Virus record (IMG/VR): IMGVR_UViG_2681813320_000006
Coordinates: 1 to 9,891 of that record
Origin: a virus
Taxonomy: Duplodnaviria > Heunggongvirae > Uroviricota > Caudoviricetes
Length of the DNA: 9,891 nucleotides
Strand: one strand, 5' to 3'
The first letter of the stretch is position 1, and every line of letters starts with the position of its first letter. Below the pieces are notes generated by a model. The model made no database searches, was not told where the DNA came from, and saw nothing but the letters and a program-made list of their open reading frames with translations. The position numbers and the translations under genes are program-made. This document shows, piece after piece, positions 5,828 through 9,891 of this stretch.

Positions 5828-7224
5828 AATAAACGCTCCGCTTTACTGCCCGACATGCGGTTATTGCTGTATCTGCGCGGATTGCCCGGCGTCATGGGTG
5901 TGGAAAGCCCCCGGGCACTTTCCTGGTCCACAGGCAGAAAATGCCCGTTATGAAAACGTCGGTAAATGGTCCCGAGTGTGCCATTACGCTGTTTCGTGAT
6001 GTTGATTTCTGCTATGCCTCTCGCCTGTGTATCCGGGTTATACACCTCATCCCTGTAAAGCATCAGAATGATGTCGGCATCAGCCTCTATTTCCCCGGAG
6101 TTTTTCAGGTCTGAGTTCATGGGACGTTTATTGGGTCTGGATTCCACGCCGCGGGAGAGCTGGCTCAGAGCAATCAGCGGGAAACCGCCGGATTTTGCCA
6201 GGCTTTTAAGTCCCTTTGAGATTTCCCCCACCGCAAGGTCGTGACGCCCCGTGCTGCGGGTTTTAATCAGACCGAGGTAATCGACCACCACCAGCGCCGT
6301 TTCCGGATGCTTCATCCGGTGGTACCTCGTGGTTGCACATATCTCATCAATGGTCAGATTTGCCTGGTCCACCATCCAGATATTACGCCCCGTCATTCGT
6401 CCCACACCCTGTGAGAAACGTGCCCAGTCTTCGTCTTCAAAACGGGCAACAGACTTAAGACGGGATACCGGCATTCCCCCTGCTGCAGACACCATACGTT
6501 CACCAATCTGGATGTTCGCCATCTCCATGGTGAACAGAAGCACGCCATGCCCCTGCTCAGTCACCTTGTCGATGATGTCCAGCGCCAGTTCGGTTTTCCC
6601 CATCGAAGGACGAGCCGCAATGAATACCAGGTCGCCTGGCTCCATCCCCCCTGTTTTTGCGTCCAGTTCATCAATACCGGTCATCAGCGCCCTGGATTTC
6701 TCCAGTCCCTGATTCCGGCATTCAACACGGCCCACCACTTCCGGAAGGACATCATCAATGTGAACCGGCTGAATGACGCCCTTTCCGGTCGACAGTGAGG
6801 CCATCATGTTCTGCGCATCCTTCAGGGCATCTTCTGCCGCTTCGCAGGTATGTGCATCACGTAAATTCTGTAATGCTTCGGTCAGTGTTTTTTCTGCATC
6901 GCGCAGTACGGCATTTCGCCGCAGCGCTGCAACATAGTGCTCCAGTGAAGACTTCACCCAGGTTTTGCGCCCGGTGTCAGTAATCACCGGGGCAAGTTCC
7001 GGCATCTCATTGCACAGCAGCACGGGGTCAATGACGCCGGATACGCGGGCCTGTCTGCAAATCCCCGCGTAAATATCCCGGTACTGACGCACGAAAAATA
7101 CATCCGCCGGAAGCGTGGCCAGAATATCCATCACTTCCGGATCAGCCCCACGCAGAAAAAACGCGCCAATCACCGCACCTTCCAGGTCATCGTTACGCCA
7201 TGCCGGGTTGTTCTGGCTGGTCAT
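5824..7224 (-). CDS. Replicative DNA helicase, DnaB family (phage-encoded)
   Basis: 466-aa ORF with ATG at 7224 overlapping the upstream stop (ATGA). Walker A (ARPSMGKT), Walker B-like VVVDYLGL and DnaB-like downstream motifs (SGGFPLIALSQLSR). Size and N-terminal domain fit DnaB-type helicases such as P22 gp12. Confidence 0.92.
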   Translation of the reverse strand: MTSQNNPAWRNDDLEGAVIGAFFLRGADPEVMDILATLPADVFFVRQYRDIYAGICRQARVSGVIDPVLLCNEMPELAPVITDTGRKTWVKSSLEHYVAALRRNAVLRDAEKTLTEALQNLRDAHTCEAAEDALKDAQNMMASLSTGKGVIQPVHIDDVLPEVVGRVECRNQGLEKSRALMTGIDELDAKTGGMEPGDLVFIAARPSMGKTELALDIIDKVTEQGHGVLLFTMEMANIQIGERMVSAAGGMPVSRLKSVARFEDEDWARFSQGVGRMTGRNIWMVDQANLTIDEICATTRYHRMKHPETALVVVDYLGLIKTRSTGRHDLAVGEISKGLKSLAKSGGFPLIALSQLSRGVESRPNKRPMNSDLKNSGEIEADADIILMLYRDEVYNPDTQARGIAEINITKQRNGTLGTIYRRFHNGHFLPVDQESARGLSTPMTPGNPRRYSNNRMSGSKAERLF

Positions 7225-8099
7225 GCGGCAACACCTCCGATACGAGAACGGTAGCTGGGCCAGTTAAACGACAACCAGTTGCGCCCGCCATCGGTGATCC
7301 TGTCGGCAATCCGGGGACTGATGAACGCCCACAATTCTTCCGGTGAAAGGTTGCTGATCAAGATAGTTGGCAAAATACCCTCATACCGGGCATTGATAAT
7401 TTCCTGCAAAATGGCCATTTCAGCCGCACTGCCAAACTGAACGCCGACTTCGTCGATGATCAGCAAATCCAGTGACGCATAATGCTCAATGACGTCATCC
7501 GCTGTTTTTTCACTGTCATTCCGCCAGCAGTTTTTCACAGCACGGGTAAGGCGCATCACGTCGGTGATCTCCACACTGGCCAGATAGTTACGGATGATGT
7601 GTTTTGCCATTGATACCGCCAGATGATTTTTCCCGGTACCGCAACTGCCGGTCATAACAAGACTGGTACCGTTCTCCAGCATATCTGGCCAGTTCTCCAC
7701 ATAGCGGCGACAGGCCGCAAGATTTCTGGCTGCGTCAGGATTAACCTCCAGATAATTATCAAACTCGCAGTCCCGAAAACGCAGAGCAATTCCGGCGTTA
7801 TCAGTCAGTTCTTCCGCCTTGAGGGACGACAGCTCCATGGTCAAATCGTTGGCCTCAGCTATCAAGCAGTCAGGGCAGCATGAAATTTTTTCTCTGTCCT
7901 CGCCATTACGATCGCTCCACACCAGAATATGTGTGTGGTATTCGCCATGTTTTTCGCAACACCCGCGCCCTTCACGCATCCAGCAGGAACGATAAGGCCA
8001 TGGCTTTTCGCCCTTCTGAGCAAATGCAATCTCTGCCCGTAACTCATCCATCCGCGCCTGTAGTCTTGTTTGTTGTTCACGCAGGTTAAACGTCATCAT
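7221..8099 (-). CDS. DnaC/IstB-like AAA+ helicase loader with an N-terminal Cys-rich, probably zinc-binding, extension
   Basis: Walker A MTGSCGTGKNHLA and Walker B LLIIDEVG. Track start 8108 is GTG; the ATG at 8099 has GAGGTGA 5 nt upstream and is preferred. N-terminal region has CC...H.H...CCPDC cysteine/histidine clusters. Confidence 0.88.
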   Translation of the reverse strand: MMTFNLREQQTRLQARMDELRAEIAFAQKGEKPWPYRSCWMREGRGCCEKHGEYHTHILVWSDRNGEDREKISCCPDCLIAEANDLTMELSSLKAEELTDNAGIALRFRDCEFDNYLEVNPDAARNLAACRRYVENWPDMLENGTSLVMTGSCGTGKNHLAVSMAKHIIRNYLASVEITDVMRLTRAVKNCWRNDSEKTADDVIEHYASLDLLIIDEVGVQFGSAAEMAILQEIINARYEGILPTILISNLSPEELWAFISPRIADRITDGGRNWLSFNWPSYRSRIGGVAA

Positions 8100-8109
8100 C
8101 TCTGTCACC

Positions 8110-9018
8110 TCAGAATGTCAATTTGTCACTGGATTTACCGAATTTGTCAGACATGGCTCCCAGGCCAGCCAGGACATCGACCTGTCGCTGTCGCCCACCT
8201 CCGGGAGCAGATGGCTGTTGCCATGATTCGTCAAAGTGTCGATCGGGGCCAAAGAACGTCGACGCCTGCTTCACGAACTGAGTGCCGGTATTTCCTGAGA
8301 CACGCACCCAGGCGGCATAGCGTTTCACACCGTTGAGCATGGTTTCGGGTGTCACACCTTCCCTGATTCGGGCTTTCCAGGCTTTGAAGGCTGCTGACTT
8401 GGAATTACCACCAGCACGTTTGGGATATTCCTGCCAGGCCTGTTCAAATTCCGGTGAATATTCCTGTCGGGCAGAACGTGCTGGTGCAGACGCGTCAGCG
8501 GATGCGCCAATAGTGTTTTTACTCTCTGTAGTATTCTCTGAAGTAATCTCTGTTGTATTCTCTGTAAGATCGAAATTGGTTTTCCCTTCTCCGCGGCGAG
8601 GGGTTTCCCGTGTCCGCGGTGAAGGCTTTCCCTCCTCCGCGAAATTGGGTTTTACAGTTTCCCGAAAACGGGTTTCCCCATTTCGGGAAAACTGATTGTT
8701 TTCATTGATAATTTCATTAAGGCGCTCACAATCTATACGGTAGAACATTTTGTGCTCAAGACGCTTGTTGGTTTCAACCAAAATGCCTCTGGACACAAGA
8801 TGCTTACGCGCTACAGCCTGTTGTTCAAATGTAAGTCCTGTTTCGTGTTGTATCTCTTCACGCGTTTTATGTACGCCTTCCGCTGCATGTGCTTTATCCT
8901 GCCAGTAAAAAATCTGACCAAAGAAAATAACAGCGTGCGGACTTCCCATGTATTTAACGAGCCCAGGGTAATAAGCAACCGGATGTCCAAAATCGAGCAG
9001 AAGATCAGACGGACGCAT
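8110..9018 (-). CDS. Replication initiator (lambda O-like, origin-binding) with a repeat-encoded linker
   Basis: Track ORF 8110..9024 trimmed to ATG 9018 (GGAGGTG 5 nt upstream; the track start is GTG). The central protein region (TENTTEITSENTTESKNT, PRTRETPRRGEGKT) is encoded by DNA direct repeats, as in lambda O where the ori iterons lie inside the gene. It sits immediately upstream of the helicase-loader and helicase genes. Confidence 0.75.
   Translation of the reverse strand: MRPSDLLLDFGHPVAYYPGLVKYMGSPHAVIFFGQIFYWQDKAHAAEGVHKTREEIQHETGLTFEQQAVARKHLVSRGILVETNKRLEHKMFYRIDCERLNEIINENNQFSRNGETRFRETVKPNFAEEGKPSPRTRETPRRGEGKTNFDLTENTTEITSENTTESKNTIGASADASAPARSARQEYSPEFEQAWQEYPKRAGGNSKSAAFKAWKARIREGVTPETMLNGVKRYAAWVRVSGNTGTQFVKQASTFFGPDRHFDESWQQPSAPGGGRQRQVDVLAGLGAMSDKFGKSSDKLTF
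8523..8695. repeat. Iteron-like direct repeats inside the O-like gene (candidate replication origin) followed by an AT-rich stretch
   Basis: Four 12-bp tandem units containing TCTCTG (8523-8570). Five TTTCCC-containing units at 8581, 8603, 8627, 8658, 8673 (about 22-24 bp apart) with internal dyads such as CCCGAAAACGGG and TTTCGGGAAA. AT-rich segment at about 8690-8725. Confidence 0.6.
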
Positions 9019-9238
9019 AGCCACCTCCCAGGCGTTTAAACATTTTTCCGGACTGAAACGCCACCAGCGGATAACTCAGGGTATGAGTACGCCCCTGCAC
9101 CTGGCAGACAACCTTCTGACTTTCTGCATTGACCAGGCAAACCCGCAGAACGTGGCCGTTGCTGGTGGTGAACCACTGCCCCACACGGGGGCAACGGTTG
9201 TATCGGTGATACAGGGAATTAACGATGTAGCGGATCAT
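9005..9238 (-). CDS. Hypothetical small protein (77 aa)
   Basis: ATG at 9238 with GGAGGTG 5 nt upstream, overlapping the upstream stop (ATGA). Its 3' end overlaps the O-like start by 14 nt. No recognisable domain. Confidence 0.55.
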   Translation of the reverse strand: MIRYIVNSLYHRYNRCPRVGQWFTTSNGHVLRVCLVNAESQKVVCQVQGRTHTLSYPLVAFQSGKMFKRLGGGYASV

Positions 9239-9429
9239 GGACGCACCTCCGCCGTAGTTACGTATTTAACTGGGCTACCTTTCATTGAGATGGTTTCACA
9301 CATCCCTGCCGCTTTCAGTTCCGCCGTTTTTCTGGATTTATAGCGACGATGCCAGACAGATACATCCGTGCGAACTGATACATCGTTTCTGTATTCCGTA
9401 GTGGAGATGATGATTTCGTAACTAATCAT
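9235..9429 (-). CDS. Hypothetical small protein (64 aa)
   Basis: ATG at 9429 with AAGGAGGTG 5 nt upstream, overlapping the upstream stop (ATGA). Part of a translationally coupled chain of minus-strand genes. Confidence 0.5.
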   Translation of the reverse strand: MISYEIIISTTEYRNDVSVRTDVSVWHRRYKSRKTAELKAAGMCETISMKGSPVKYVTTAEVRP

Positions 9430-9731
9430 GGGTGCACCTCCTTGTCAGAACCATTCAGCCTGTAATCAACAAGTGCAGCACCAAAAACTGCATCACCTAC
9501 ACGGTCGTACAGTTTGCCAGCCAGCGGAGATTCAACGGCCTTAAGCATTGGATAAAGCTGGCTTGTCCAGATTTGGTGGATTTCTCGCAAATGCAGGTAT
9601 ACGCCTCTGGCGTTTTGTGCGACAGATGGCATATCAGCCGCACCAACTCCTGATAAGCACCTCTCCATCTGGTTAAAGGCATTGATGTATGCTTCTTTGA
9701 ACCGGGCAGCACGTTTACCCGTGAAACCCAT
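9426..9731 (-). CDS. C-terminal portion of a Rha-like (Phage_pRha-type) regulatory protein; N-terminal part appears interrupted or truncated
   Basis: The reading frame stays open upstream of ATG 9731 to a TAA at 9851-9849 and encodes ...SEYTDASGRKLPCYQITRDGFAFLAMGFTGKRAARFKEAYINAFNQME, which resembles the conserved core of Rha-family proteins as I recall it. No ATG/GTG/TTG start lies between that stop and 9731, and 9731 has no Shine-Dalgarno. Confidence 0.45.
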   Translation of the reverse strand: MGFTGKRAARFKEAYINAFNQMERCLSGVGAADMPSVAQNARGVYLHLREIHQIWTSQLYPMLKAVESPLAGKLYDRVGDAVFGAALVDYRLNGSDKEVHP

Positions 9732-9891
9732 AGCAAGAAACGCAAAACCGTCGCGGGTGATTTGGTAACAAGGGAGTTTGCGGCCTGATGCGTCGGTGTA
9801 TTCACTTAACAGTAAGCGTGCAGCAAGAACCGTATTGACGGGGATGTGTTATTCAGTCGGCAGTGCTACGCGCCAGGGGAGCAGTTCGCCG

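Noticed and set aside
5543-5999. Plus-strand ORFs 5543..5803 and 5613..5999
   Set aside because: Antisense to the 85-aa ORF and the helicase 3' end; Cys/Ser-rich and no Shine-Dalgarno.
6329-6983. Plus-strand ORFs 6329..6712, 6547..6798 and 6795..6983
   Set aside because: Antisense within the DnaB-like helicase, whose frame carries intact Walker motifs.
7623-8089. ORFs 7623..7883(+), 7862..8080(-), 7880..8089(+)
   Set aside because: Overlap the DnaC-like loader gene in alternative frames or antisense; no supporting signals.
8523-8695. Direct repeats as a CRISPR array
   Set aside because: Units are 12 to about 24 bp, imperfect, lack unique spacers of regular length, and lie inside a coding sequence; consistent with origin iterons.
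8070-9039. Plus-strand ORFs 8070..8336, 8333..8695 and 8752..9039
   Set aside because: Antisense to the O-like initiator; 8333..8695 is a translation of the iteron repeats.
9083-9805. ORFs 9083..9343(+), 9432..9653(+), 9497..9805(-)
   Set aside because: 9497..9805 overlaps the Rha-like frame out of frame with Trp/Cys/His-rich composition, whereas the chosen frame has a recognisable motif and is coupled to the downstream gene; the plus ORFs are antisense.

Overview
This window reads as the right arm of a lambdoid prophage, with almost every gene on the minus strand, and it carries one foreign-looking insertion on the plus strand. Reading the minus strand from high to low coordinates: a possibly disrupted Rha-like regulator at the window edge, two small coupled ORFs, a replication module (O-like initiator with iteron repeats inside it, DnaC-like loader, DnaB-like helicase), a small coiled-coil ORF, a DUF968/YdfU-like protein, a short Q-type antiterminator, then the insertion, then a small ORF, a beta-class DNA methyltransferase, a phage-borne tRNA cluster (Ile-CAU and Arg-UCU), a strong terminator, a TerB-like protein and a possible small membrane protein. 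The insertion (about 2607-4148) is a markedly AT-rich, convergently oriented two-gene cassette: a 313-aa soluble protein followed 4 bp later by a 147-aa four-helix membrane protein, closed by a bidirectional terminator that abuts the Q stop codon. I consider this the most interesting element: a candidate abortive-infection or phage-exclusion module with RexA/RexB-like architecture. That assignment rests on architecture and short motifs recalled from memory, not on any search. No CRISPR array, rRNA, transposase, integrase or toxin (stx) gene was seen.
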